From Chiloscyllium plagiosum (lineage: Eukaryota), in the NCBI RefSeq assembly GCF_004010195.1, contig NC_057756.1:7382275-7446274 (forward strand): a stretch of 64,000 nt of DNA, read 5' to 3'. The translations under genes were made by a program, and so were the position numbers. Shown one piece after another: positions 1 to 12,486 of the stretch. The first letter of the stretch is position 1; each line of letters starts with the position of its first letter. The notes beneath the pieces are model-generated. The model had not been told where the DNA came from. It ran no database searches and worked only from the letters and a program-made list of their open reading frames with translations.

Positions 1-240
1 ACCTTCCAAACCCCATACATTCCCCATCGCTAACCCACTGTGCCTGCACATGCCTGAACACTACGGACAATTTAGTACAGACAATCCACCTAACCTGCAC
101 ATCTATGGACTCTGGGAGGAAAGTAGAGCATTCAGAGGAAACCCGTGCAAACTCTAGAGAATGTGCAAACTCCACCCAGACAGTCGCCCAAGGATGGAAA
201 CGATGAGGCATCAGCGCTAACTACTGTGCCATTGTGCTGC
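1..240 (-). mobile_element. HE1-type V-SINE, partial at window edge
   Basis: GTGCAAACTCCAC V-domain on the reverse strand. Confidence 0.8.
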
Positions 241-258
241 TCGATGCAATACGAAAGG

Positions 259-383
259 CGAAAGTGAGGACTGCAGATGCTGGAGACGAGAGTTAGAAAA
301 TGTGATGCTGGAAAAACACAGCAGGCCAGGCAGCATCCGAGGAGCAGGAGAATCGACGTTTCGGACGTAAGCCCTTCTTCAGC
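259..383. mobile_element. Penelope-like terminal-repeat fragment with a hammerhead-like core on the minus strand
   Basis: AAAGTGAGGACTGCAGATGCTGGAGA...GACGTTTCGGACGTAAGCCCTTCTTCAG; near-identical copy at 57660-57787. Confidence 0.7.
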
Positions 384-487
384 AATATGACAGGCAACAG
401 TTCAACAAATATTCAGTTTACACAGCAGTGACCTTCACTTTAGTGGCAAAACTGAACAATCAATCCATAACTACATCTTGACCTGAT

Positions 488-697
488 GTTGTGTTAGTTC
501 CATTGGCTGGATGTCTGGTTTGCAAATAAGTGATACCAATAAGATCATGTTAATTCATCCACAAAGTTGAGGTTACCATGAAGGACTGTCTTTCGCCTGA
601 GATGAGGAGAGCCTCAGGTCAAGCCATCACCAATTGATTACCTCAAATGGGACAGCAGCCCTACGATCAGGCAGAGCTATCGCCGTTTTACCTATTA
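488..697 (+). mobile_element. Decayed tRNA-derived SINE downstream of the gene 1 stop
   Basis: Degenerate tRNA-like head and GAGGTTACCATGAAGG...CCTCAGG body; family not named. Confidence 0.45.
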
Positions 698-784
698 CAT
701 GATGATCATTTTTTGGATTTATAATCACAGCAGTTTATCTGTATTTTAATTGCAGCAACATCATCTAATAATTGCACCAACCTT

Positions 785-846
785 TTATCTTCTTGGAATA
801 TTTTCATAGATCGCTTGTGAATTTTCATGGAGTGCTGCAGCACGAT
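785..846 (-). CDS. Gene 1, cytoplasmic tyrosine-motif exon: (D)RAAALHENSQAIYENIPRR*
   Basis: CTTGCTTTCTCAG acceptor; phase 1 compatible with exon 4717-4763; IYENI motif; stop TAA at 787-785; possible ATTAAA polyA signal at 750-745. Confidence 0.65.
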
Positions 847-1550
847 CTGAGAAAGCAAGATATTTAGTTTACCATGAACAGATTATGGTCGAGGCATAGA
901 ATACGAAAACAGCAAAGGAAGCTTTGTATTCTATCAAGCCGGTATCACCTTCCAGTATTATCAAGTTAGACCCATTCTCGTGCTATTTTACCACAACCTC
1001 GTCAACAGTTTTCTTTGAAGAATTTATTCATTTTTCTTGTGCGTTTCTATTCAATTTGCTTCCAACCACATTTCAGTCTGCACGTTCCAGGTCTGAGGAA
1101 CAAAAAGTCTGGAGGGAAAGCACAAAACCTCACAGCTCAACCTCATTTTAGAAAAATGACTCAACCTCTTTAGTTGCTATTTATTTAACGTTATATCCAG
1201 GCATTTTGTGCACATGTCAAATCTGCTAGATCACCTCCACGATCCAGAAAAATTTACCCACTGTCCTCACAGTTCCAATGAACTGCAAACCGACTTCGCT
1301 GAAACTATTATAATAACAATTCACTTTATTACATTCCAGGCAGTACCGTTGAAGCTAAAACAATGGACAATTCTAAATTTAAATAGATTTAGAATAATTG
1401 AGTTGCAATGTATGAAAATGAAACTACGAGTTTTCATTATTCCCCTGCTGCTTTTTGAATCAATTCTGTAACTTAACTCCTAACATAGTCATTAACAGTA
1501 GGTGCAGTGAATAGAGGATCAAAGTTTATACTTGGAATTGTTCCATTTCA

Positions 1551-3995
1551 AGAAGATATAGAACATAGAACATTACGGTGCAGTACAGACCCTTTGGCCC
1601 TCATTGTTGCGCTGACCTGTGGAACCAATCTGAAGCCTGTTTATCCCACACATATCCATTTTTGATCCATATGTTTATCCAATGACCATTTAAATGCCCT
1701 CAAAGTTGCCCTCAATGTTGCAGGCAGGGTATGTCATGCCCTACTACTGAGTAAAGAAACCACCTCTTACATCTGTCCTATATTTATTACCCCCTCAATT
1801 TAAAGCTATGTCCTCTCGTGCTCGCCATCACCATCCGAGGGAAAAAATCTCTCACTGTCCACCCAATCTAAACCTCTGATGATCGTCTATGTCTCAATTA
1901 CGTCACACCTCAACCTTCTTCTCTCTAGTGAAAACAGCCTCAAGTCCCTCAGCCTTTCCTCATAAGACCTTCCCTCCATTTCAGCCATCATTTTAGTAAA
2001 TTCCCTCTGAACGATTTCCAAAGCTTCTACATTCTGCCGATAATACGGTGACCAGAACTGTACACAAAACTCCAAGTGCGGCCACAGAGTTTTGTACAAC
2101 TGCAAAATGACCTCATGGCTCCAAAACGCAGAACCTCTACCAATAAAAGTGAACAAAACTATGCCTTCTTATTAACCTAGGTGGCAACTTTCAGGGGTCT
2201 ACTCAAATGAACACAGAGATCGCTCTGCTCATCTACACTGCCAATAATCTTGCCATTAATCCAGTACTTGTTATTCCTGTTGCTCCTTCCAAAGTGAATC
2301 ACCTCACATCTTTCCACATTAAACTACATTTGCCACGTCTTAGCCCAGATCTACAGCTTATCTATTTCGCTCTGCAAATTGCAATATCCTTCATCACTAT
2401 CCACAACTCCTTAGTGTCATCCGCAAATTTACTAATACATCCTTCCATCCAGGTCATTTATGAAAAAGACAAACAGCAGTGGACCCAAGACAGATGGTTG
2501 CGGTACACCACTAGCATCTGAACACCAGGATGAACACTTCCCATCAACCACCATCCTCTGTCTTCTTTCAGCTAGCCAATTTCTGCTCCAAACTGCTAAA
2601 TCACTCTCAGTGCCATGTCTCTGTATTTTGTACAATAGCCTATCATGGGGAATCTTATCAAATGGCTTACTGAATTCTATATAAACCACATCAACCACTT
2701 TACCCTCATCCATCTGCTTGTTCATTTTCTCAAAGAACTCAATTAGGCATGAACTATTATTCACAAAACTATTCTTAATCAACTTATTCCTTGATAGATG
2801 ATTATAAATCCTATCTCTTATAACCATTGCTAACACCTTACCTACAACCAAAGTTAGGCTCACTGATCTACAACTACCAGGGTTGTCCCTACTCCCTTTC
2901 TTGAACAGAGGGAAAACATTTGCAATTCTCCAGTCTTCTGGCACTATTCCTGTAGACAATGATGACATAAAGATCAAAGCCAAAGACTCTGCAGAATCCG
3001 CCCTGGCATCCAAGACAATCTTAGAATTATTTCCATTCAGCCCTAGGGGATCTATCTATTTTCACACTTTCCAGATTGCTAAAACCTCCTCCTTGTGAAC
3101 CTCGATCCTGTCTAGTCTAGTTGTCTGTATCTCAGTATTCTCCTCGTGGACATTGTATTTTTGAAGTGTGAATACTGACGAAAAATATTCATTTAGCACT
3201 TCTCCTATCTTCTCAGGCTCCACACACAATTTCCCACTACTGCTCTTGGTTGGCCCTAAACTTACACTAGTTATTCTTTTATTCCTGATATACTAATGGA
3301 AAGCTTTTAGGGTTTTTTCTTATCTGCCAAAACTTTTCATGTCCCTTCCTGGCTCTTCTTAGTTCTCTCATTAGGTCTTTCCTGGCTAACCTGCTACTCT
3401 CAAGCATCCTAACATGAACCTTCTTCTTCCTCTTGACAAGAGATTCAACTTCCTTCGTAAACCACGGCTCTCTAACTCGACCATTCCCACCCTGCCTGAC
3501 CAGTACATAATAATCAAGGACACGTGGTAGCTGTTCTTCAAAAACTCCACATTTCAATTGTACACATGCCTCACAGTTTTCTTCTCTATTCTATGCATCC
3601 TCAATTTTGCCTTATCGCATCATAATTGCCTTTTCCCCAGTTCAACTCTTGCCCTGCAGTATATATCTATCCTTTCTATCGCTAAAGGAAGCATAACTGA
3701 GCTGTGGTCACTATCACCAAACTGCTCACCTACCTCCAAACCTAACACCTGGCTGGGTTCATTACCCAGTACCGATTCCAATGGGCCTCGCCCCTTGTTG
3801 GCCTGTTTACAGACGATGTCAGGAATCCCTCTCACACACACTGGACAAAAATGGACCCATCTATGGCATTTCCAGTCAATATTTGGAAAGTTAAAGTCTC
3901 CCATAACAATGACCCTATTACTCTCGCTCCTATCCAGAATCATCTTTGCAATCCTTTCCTCTACATCTCTGGAACGAATCGGATGTCTATAGAAA
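1551..3995 (-). mobile_element. 5'-truncated CR1-clade LINE inside a gene 1 cytoplasmic intron
   Basis: MGDFNFP, DWRIANV, RT motifs and LERRRLR; AGAACAT-type tail at ~1551-1572. Confidence 0.9.
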
Positions 3996-4716
3996 GCTAT
4001 TCAGAAACCGACAGAAAACAAAGACAAGAAGGCTAACTACCCAAACAATACCCTCAATTTTTCCTGCACGTAATCATGTTAACTGAATGATAAGAGTCAA
4101 GACCCGAATTTGCAAAAACCTTTCTATGTGCTGTGAAGTAGGATGCTGATTCCTGGTCGTCCATTTAATACTCAAACCATTACAGTAATTACAAATAAAA
4201 CATAATGCAGTTGCATCAAAGTTGACTGAAGTTACACTCTGAATTCCTGACAGGTAAATAATAAACAATTAGATTGTGTATAGCATCCGTGTCAAGATAT
4301 GCTCTCTAAGCCACTAAAATCTGTTCTGTTTTGAGAATAAAGGAATATACAAGACCGTGAAAAAATGAAACAACAAAATGTGAAAGTAGATTAGAAATTG
4401 AGATGGCGTGATTTGAAAGTTGTAGGGTGTGCAATAAAATACACAAAGGACAGTTACTTGCTATTCTTCACAACTTAGCAACAAATATAATCGTTAAAAA
4501 GATTGATTCAAAGAAATGTTATGTTATATTTCTCAATTAATTCAATTGAAAAGCACATTACCGGGATTGTTGCATTAATTTATCTTAATGTAGCTGCACA
4601 CATGAACATTCAACAGTCAGTATGATTCATGATTTAGCAAAATAATTTCAAATCAGTAAAACCTTTAAGTCTTGTATTACCACAGCAACATGGAAATGAT
4701 GAAATAATTCACTTAC

Positions 4717-4763
4717 CACTTGCTACTGAACTAGTATTTTGTCCTTGTTTTGGAGTTTTCATG
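4717..4763 (-). CDS. Gene 1, cytoplasmic exon 1: (A)MKTPKQGQNTSSVAS(G)
   Basis: TTTGTTTAG acceptor, GTAAGTG donor, 47 nt; phase 2-1 matches the end of the TM exon. Confidence 0.7.
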
Positions 4764-5300
4764 CTAAACAAATGTATGCACAATAGAGAATTGTAAGCTT
4801 TTCATGACAATGTTGGTTGAAATAATTATGACCTGGAATAGAAACTGTATTGTTAACTCTTTATTGTTCATATAAACTAAATTCATTACTGGCTGGCTGA
4901 TTTGCATATTGGGAGCATGAACACATAACTTGAATTATTTTAACCTATCATTTACTTTGTTACAAAATTTGAAGCTGCTTTGAAGCAGTGTTCAGTTGAT
5001 GATGTCTAGGAGAAATTTCTGCATTGCCATTTCAATATGGGAGATTTAAAACCATGCCACTGCATCAGAAGCAGAAATTGAGCTTTTCATTCAACTGAAA
5101 CGAAGAGCTAACACAGAGAATATTCTGATATCAATACAAAATGTCAAACATCAGCATTGTCAGTGTAAATATGCTTTTCAATTATATATGTGTTATAGAA
5201 ATATTATGAATCTACTTTTCACAAATCTACATTACTTAAACTCACCAGGCCATGAAGAAAAATCGTAAATTTCAAGGAAAAACTTATATAATGTACTTAC

Positions 5301-5424
5301 GCTTCTGACTTTCTTTTGATTAACCATGCACTAATCCCAATGGCAAAACCCAGACAAAGAAGCAAAGCAATCGCTATGCCTGCTATGGCACCATCGTTCA
5401 AATTGTCCCTGGGATTTGATTGAT
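5301..5424 (-). CDS. Gene 1, transmembrane exon: DQSNPRDNLNDGAIAGIAIALLLCLGFAIGISAWLIKRKSE
   Basis: TTTTCAG acceptor, GTAAGT donor, phase 1-2; GAIAGI start of TM as in CEACAM1-type TM exons; KRK stop-transfer sequence; not in the ORF track. Confidence 0.85.
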
Positions 5425-6699
5425 CTGAAAATGCAATAGGAACAAGTCTTGAAGGTTCACGTAATAAAATGGCCACAACTTCATCCTCTTGAGCTAACAG
5501 TCATTTAATTTACATACATGGCTTGGAAGACAGGAAGATAGTAGTAATGTCATTAGACTTGTAATCACGAGGCCGGCTAATAAAATGAGAGTTGGTGACA
5601 TCTAACTTCAGTGAGTAAATCTCGAATACACACATCTGGCTTCTGTGATGTTGAATTCACAACTGTCATCAACTGTAAAAATCCTCTGGTTCATAAATTT
5701 TTTTTATAAAATGAACTCTGCTGTCCTTCACGGTCTGTCCTGAGTCTGACTTCAGGACTGCAGCACTGCGGATGAGTCTGAAATTCCTTCTGTAATTGGT
5801 GTGGAAGCTACACAGTATCAGGACAACACACGACGCACTTTGCAGTGGTGCCCACATTTCACGAAAAATAACAGAAGAAACTAACTTCTGTGAAAACCTA
5901 GTGTTGACCTCTTGTGCTCCTGTTAAAAACAGACATTTAATATGTCATTTTATAGATTTTGCAGGCTGAATCAAGTGCTGAGTTTCTTTGAATAAAATCC
6001 GAACTACTAGATAGATAGAATGTCAAAACTCCAAAAAGAAGCATTTCAAATCCTTTTACATTGCAGAATATATTAATATGTCACCTCAGTTACAATATAT
6101 GTTCCTCTTTGTTTCAAATTCCATTCTCTGAGTCTTACAATCTGGTGCATTGTTGACACTGAAGCTATATTAGATGTAATTGGCATTCTAATTGTCCTAC
6201 TGTTAAACATCCAAGAGATGTGGACATTGCTGGTTTGGCCAGCATTTATCTCCCAATCCTCTTTGACCATGAGAAAGTGATTGTGAGCTGCTGCCTGATC
6301 TACTGGGGTCTGTTTGGTGCAAGTAAACCCCAAAAATACTCTTTGGAGGGGAGTACAATGATGTTGACACGATAACTTTAATGGAAGAATAGTAAAGTTT
6401 CTGGTCATGATAATAAATAGATCTTGCAGGTGACAGTGTTCTGAAGAATCTGCTACCTATCTGATTCTAAATGAGAGCGGACATGGGTTTGGAACATGCT
6501 ATCCAAAGAATCCTGGCGAATGTTTGCAAAAACAAAATGAGCATCTAAGAGGCATTGCATTTCCAACAATGCACAACTTTACTGACATCGATTCTACAGC
6601 TCATTTTACACTTGGCTGCATTTACGTTTCAATGAAGCCAAAGAGGTACTGAACTTCCCAACCCTAGGGAAAGGGATTTTGTCAGTGAACTGATGATTT

Positions 6700-7325
6700 T
6701 ATAAACTTCCTACGCTCCAGTGAAATACGTCCCAGCCTTTCCAGTCTATTTTTGTAACTCAACTCCTTCCTTCCTGGCCGCAACTTGGGAAAATCCTTCT
6801 GAATCCTCTCCCGCTTAATAATGCACTTTCTACAACCGGGCGACCAGAACTGCACATAGCACTCCAGAAGAGGGCTCACCAACGTCCACACAATCTCATC
6901 ATGACACCCCAACTCCTACACTCAATGGTCTGAATGATAAAGTCGAGCACGCTAAATGTTTTCTTAATCACCCGGTCTAACTCTAGTGCAAATTTCAAAG
7001 AAATAAGTACCTGATTCAGCCTGATTGGGTTATGTTTTTTCCAAATCTTCTAAAATTGCTTCTATAATAATTAATTCAAATACTTGCCCAACAATAGATG
7101 TTAGGCTGACTGGTTCTGCATTTTGGCTCCATCCCTTTTTAAGTAGGGGTGCCACATTGGCTGTCTTGCAATCATTTGACACATCTCTATATCCCACGGA
7201 ATTTTGGAAAATTACAACCAATATATCCACTATCTTTGCAGCTACCTCTATTAGGATTGTAGAATGCAATGATCTGGACAAGAGGACTTATTTGCCTTTA
7301 ATCCCATTGATTTGTCTACTTGAAA
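6700..7325 (-). mobile_element. Degenerate CR1 fragments abutting the downstream flank of V-C
   Basis: ANVAPL, VSLTSIVG and YVQFWSP motifs. Confidence 0.7.
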
Positions 7326-7437
7326 CTCACCCTCCAGCCGCTCTGAGTGTACACAGAGCAACGTGTTCCTGAATATGACTTAGTCCTCTTTTAAAGCAGC
7401 CAACACCATACACAAAGCAATAGAATATGTTACTTAC

Positions 7438-7743
7438 CAAGGACTTGCAGGGTGAGGGTCGCTGAAGCTTTCTCGCCCACTTCAGGTACCATGGTAACAG
7501 TGTACTCCCCGCCATCTGAAAACGTCAGTGAATTCAGCAGGAGTGATCCATTTGGCAGCAAAATATGAGCACGTGATTTATATTCATAATTTAGAAAAAC
7601 AGATGAACTGAACCACAGCGCAATGTTTGTCCCATTGAAAGCCCAGTTCCCATTCTTCACTGCAGCTAACGGCTTCACTGTAAATAGTGCGGTTTCTCCA
7701 ACAGACACATTAATCCGTGTGCTTTCGGTCTGGAGCAGCGAAC
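7438..7743 (-). CDS. Gene 1, IgV/N-type domain exon V-C
   Basis: Open frame GSLLQTESTRINVSVGETALFTV...NGSLLLNSLTFSDGGEYTVTM...LTLQVL; donor GTAAGTA at 7437; ancestral acceptor position (7757-7756) reads AA, and an in-frame AAG acceptor lies 12 nt downstream (7745-7744). Confidence 0.75.
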
Positions 7744-10155
7744 CTTGGAGTCGAATTAAAGAAATAAAGATCATTAAGAGAAACTTGAACCAGGTAGAAT
7801 TCTCTAAAATGGCAATGACTTCTTTTTTAACATGACCTGCTTTTCCTTATCAACTGATTGCTGTCTTATGTTTCAGTCACTGAAACAAACAGGGTTTGGA
7901 TGTGACTCTCACTGACTGAGGACAGATGGAGTTAAGGAAAGCATTGGCTGCTGATTTGGATTGCAATGGTGAGCAGAGATATTGGCAAAAAGGCAGGAAG
8001 TTAACACTAAGGAAGAGAGACGTTGCGGGCAGATTTCAGAAGAACCTTCTCCCTGCAGTGTAACAATTGTATTGGCAATCTTATACTTGACATTGAAGTA
8101 ATCGTGTCCATGCTGAGTGTTAATTTCAAGGAAGGTTCAGGAGGAGAAATTAAACGTTGTTGCCAGCATATATGTTTCAGCTGTATGAAAGCAATTTGGA
8201 AAGTGATCCCATTAGCTTCCATTCTCTGTACCACGTGTAATTATCTATACATGTGTTCAATTTATATATTAGTGCCATAAACCTTCCAAGGTAGGTTCTT
8301 TGTTGCGAACAGATTTGCATCTGTTAGGATCAACAGCTTGTATAATGTTGCCAAACCCTGAGCTAGCCAAAGTCTCTTTCTGAAGACCACTGCAGAACAC
8401 TTTTCAACCTGCATCTAATGATTCGGATGTGTTCAGCCAGATGGAAGTTCAGATGTTGCAACCAATTAGGTCACAGAAGAGATTCTGCGACGTTTTCACT
8501 GAATCCCTGTCTCATGGTGGCAGCGGCCATGAACGACATTGAAACGTCACAAATCATTTAAATCATGTTTAGGATTCAGAAATATTAAAGTGAAATAAAT
8601 GTATCACATTTAAGCATATTCTGAGGGTTTTTGTGTTGTGTGAATTTTTTTTGACATTGTGGATGTCAATTGCCAATAACATAACTATGATTGTCACTCC
8701 TTTAGGTTCAGAAAAGGTGAAAGCAGAACTGTACCTCAGAGTAGCATTGTACTGCCCATAATTCACATGACTATAGAAGGAAAATGAAATGATTCGGAAC
8801 TTACCCCTCTTATTTATATGGCAGCGTCAGTTAGAAGAGTAAATGATAGATCGAGGCAGAGACACGATGATGGGCATTCTACTGATAAATATTGTACGAT
8901 GTACACAAAATATATAAACTCTTGCTTGTAGCAGATCCGGGCTGTGTAAAAGCCAGTGGAAAGTACAGTAGAAAAATATAGTGAATGGAAAGTGAAATCA
9001 ATTGAAAAAACAAATCATCTCGGGAGGAATCCTACATCATTTAATGGTTTTTCATACAGGTGACACCAGACATTCGGAAACATGAATGTCCATAAAATTG
9101 TCATTTTTAAACAAATTAGTCATTCACAGGATTTGGGCATTGCTGGTTTTGCCAGCATTCATTGTCCAGGCCCAACTGCTCAAAGGGCAGTTAAGAGTCA
9201 CCAAATTGCTGGTTTGCAGTCACATGTAGGTGAAACCAGGTAATAATGATAGGTATGATTCCCAAAGGACAGCACTGAACCAGAATCCCCCCGTCCTCAC
9301 CACAACCCAGATAATCAACAGTGCAGGAAATTTCTGGAAAAGCTCAACAGGTCTGGGGACTGAAACCAGAGTTAACAAGTGTCACTTCTTCAGAACATGT
9401 CTGAGGACTCGACCACAAAGGTTAACTCGGATTTCTCTCCACAGATGCTGCCTGACCTGCTAAGCTTTTCCAGCAATTTGGTTTTGCTTCTGATCTACAG
9501 CATCCACAGTTCTTCCGGGTTGTAATCCGCAATTGTTCAGGTACCCATGAGGCTATATATTCCGTATTTTTGTTGAATTAAATTTCCACAATTTGCTGAT
9601 TTGAACTCAGCCTATAGAAGAACCTCAGTTTCTGCATTGAGAGTCTAGCGATGATGCCTCTAGGGCATCTCCTCCTCAATAAATGTTCCTTAAGCTGAAA
9701 GGACAATTAAGGATGTTTACAATGCAGCCACCGTTTCAAGCTGGACCAATGAAGGAAACCTGCTCAGGTGTACTCACTGGTATCTTGCCTCACCAATTCT
9801 CCAAGTCTCATCTACCTTTCATCATCCCTCGCATGATCTCTGTTTTCCACCCTCACATTCTCACCACCTCACTCCAATCTCTGTTTCCATATTCCCATGT
9901 GAGGTTGACCTCCCCAGAGGGCGGCTGTGATGCGAAATATTGGAAGCAAGAGAGAAACTTGTTTAAATGTGCAGGATCCATGTGTCTCAGTGATATTATG
10001 GCACACATCTCTGGGTGAGTTGGACTCATAACGAGATTTAATCTCCCTCACCCACGCCATCCCGAGTGTACACAGAGAAAATCACTTCTGAACATCGCTT
10101 ACGCTCCTCTAACGCAGACAACCGCATGCACAGAGCAATAGAACATACAGCTTAC

Positions 10156-10473
10156 CAAGTACATGCAGGGTAAGAGTCTCTGACGCTGGGTCGCCCACTT
10201 CAGGGAACATGGTAACATTGTACTCCCCACTGTCTGAAAACGTCACGGACTTCAGCAGGAGTGATCTATTTGGCAGGAAAATCTCAGCACGGAACTTGTG
10301 TTCATTGCTAAGACATACAGATGAACCAATCCATAACCCAATGTTTTTCCCTTTGAATTCCCAGATCCCATTCTTCGCTGCAGCTGATGGTTTCACCGAA
10401 AAGATTGCCGTTTCTCCAACAGTCACATTAATCTGTCTGTGTTCGGTCTGGATCGTGAACGACTGGGGCTCAG
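10156..10473 (-). CDS. Gene 1, IgV/N-type domain exon V-B (intact)
   Basis: 318-nt open phase 1-1 exon with AG and GTAAG sites; V-set pattern G-x-x-A-x-F, W in C strand, R-A-E, SLLLKSVTFSDSGEYNV, LTLHV; no canonical disulfide cysteines, as in CEACAM N domains. Confidence 0.85.
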
Positions 10474-10659
10474 CTGGAGAAATCAACATCATTAAGGAAG
10501 TTGCAATCAGAAACTCTCCACCATGTATACTTCTCCAAAATCCAAAACATAAATCTGATATTTTCTCACAGTCGTTTGCTGGCTTGGTTTGCCAAGTTCC
10601 CAAATAGAATGTGTTAGTATTCCTAACTCTGAACCACGACACCCAGGTACAATTCTTAC

Positions 10660-10686
10660 CTTCCGTGGGGGTCTGTAATGGCATCT
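10660..10686 (-). CDS. Gene 1, 27-nt microexon of cassette B: (E)MPLQTPTE(G)
   Basis: TTGCAG acceptor, GTAAG donor, phase 1-1; 24/27 nt identical to copy A. Confidence 0.5.
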
Positions 10687-10744
10687 CTGCAACGGTTGCG
10701 TTGCAAAATCTCTAGAATAGTAGGTAAGAGGAAGTGTACCTCAC

Positions 10745-10796
10745 CTACTGCCATTAATAAGCAAACAGAGATCGTGGTGAGTGGCAGTTTCGCCCT
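10745..10796 (-). pseudogene. Duplicated leader exon of cassette B with start codon lost (ATG>AGG)
   Basis: Colinear with 13079-13130: AGG GCG AAA CTG CCA CTC ACC ACG ATC TCT GTT TGC TTA TTA ATG GCA GTA G, followed by donor GTGAGG. Confidence 0.75.
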
Positions 10797-12486
10797 CCCA
10801 ATTGCAACCCTCACCCATCCAGTCTGTTACATTCAGAGACCGATTGGAACATTACAAATCATTTACTTTATGCTTAGGATTCAGAAATATTACAGTGAAA
10901 CAAATGCTGTATCACATTTAAGGATATTCTGACGGTTTCTGTTTTGTGAAAACAAAATTGTTGTATTGGTACTGTGAATGTCGATTGCCAATGACATTAT
11001 GAGGATTGTCACTCCTTTAGGTTCAGAAAAGGTGAAAACAGAACTGTAACACAGAGCAGCATTGTGTTGCTCATAGTTCACATGATTGTGGAAGGAAAAC
11101 ACAATAATTCAAAAGCTACCACACTTATTTACGTGACAGCATCAGTTAGAAGAACAAATGATAGGTCAAAGCATAGACATGATGATGGACATTCTACTGA
11201 TAAATATTGCATCTTGCACACAACATATATAAATTTTCGCTTGTGGCAGATTTGTAATGTGTAAAAGCCAGTGGAAAGTACAGTAGAATAACACAGTGGA
11301 TGAAAGGTGAAATCAATGGAAAAATTCAGATGTCGATCTAGGGAGAAATCCCACCTCATTTATTGGTTTCTTGTACAGGTGACACCAGACATTCAGAAAC
11401 ATGAGTGTCCATAAACTTGTCTTTTTTATTATTATTAGTCATTAACAGGGTTTGGGCATCGCTGGTTTGGCCAGCATTCATTGCCCAGGCCTAACTGCTC
11501 AAAGGGCCACTAAGACCACCAAATTGCTGGTCTGCAGTCACATGTAGGTGAGACCAGGTAATGATGCCAGGTATCCTTCCCAAAGGACAGCACTGAACCA
11601 GAATCTCCTCAACCTATTCATAACCCGGATAATCAACAGTGCTGGAAATTTCTGGAAAATCTCAACAGGTCTGGGGGCTGAAATCAGAGTTAAAATGTCA
11701 GATCAAGTGTCCCTTCTTCAGAACGGTTCTGAGGATGAGTCACTCAACTCCACACGTTAACTCTGATTTCAGTCCACAGATGCTGCCTGACCTGCCAAGA
11801 TTTTCCAGTAATTTGGTTTAGTTTCTGATCTATAGCATCCACAGTTCTTTCGGCTTGTAGTCTGCAATGTTTCAGGGTCAACATGAGTCTATTCATTCCA
11901 GATTTTGGTTGACTTAAATTTCCACAATCTGCTGAGTTGAACTCAGCCTTTCGAAGAACCTCAGTTTCTGCTTTGAGAGTCTAGCGATAATGCTTCTAGG
12001 GCATCTCCTCCTTAATAAATGTTCCTTAAGCTGATGGTGCAATTAGGGATGGTTACAATGCAGCCACCGTTACAAAGTAGAACAATGAAGGGAACCTGCT
12101 CAGGTGTATTCACTGGCATCCTGTCTCACCAATTCTCCAAGTCTCTTCTACCTTTCATCATCACTCACAAAATCTGTATCGTCCTCCCCCACCTTCACAC
12201 AACCTCACTCCAATCTCTGTTTCCATGTCCCATGTTGACCTTTCCAGAAGCCAACCTCTGATGGGAAACATTGGAAACCAGAGAGAAAACTTTTTTGGTG
12301 TGCAGGATCCTTGTGTGACAGTGATAATATGGCGCACAGATCTGGGTGAGTGGGATTTAGAGTGAGATTGAATCTCCCCCACTCGCGCCATCCTGAGTGT
12401 GTACACAGCAAATCACTCCTGAACATCACTTACACCCCTCTAATTCAGACAACCACATACACAGAGCAATAGAACATGCAGCTTAT

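Larger units (their letters stand above)
8537..10840. repeat. Tandem segmental duplicate, unit B (~2.3 kb: leader-microexon-V cassette plus intron with nested SINE and Penelope fragments)
   Basis: Colinear with 10841-13175; anchors include TTAGGATTCAGAAATATTA (~8569 and ~10874), CAGGTGACACCAGACATTC (~9057 and ~11376) and GTTACATTCAGAGAC (ending 10840 and 13175). Confidence 0.9.

Noticed and set aside
4074..4246. Possible extra gene 1 cytoplasmic exon (GIQSVTSVNFDATA...) after a CAG acceptor, phase 1
   Set aside because: No convincing GT donor at a sensible position; the gene model closes in phase without it
10109..10156. CAAX prenylation or TM anchor in the V read-through tails
   Set aside because: Cys is not at -4 (ends GCLR/GCLN) and the hydrophobic run is too short for a TM helix
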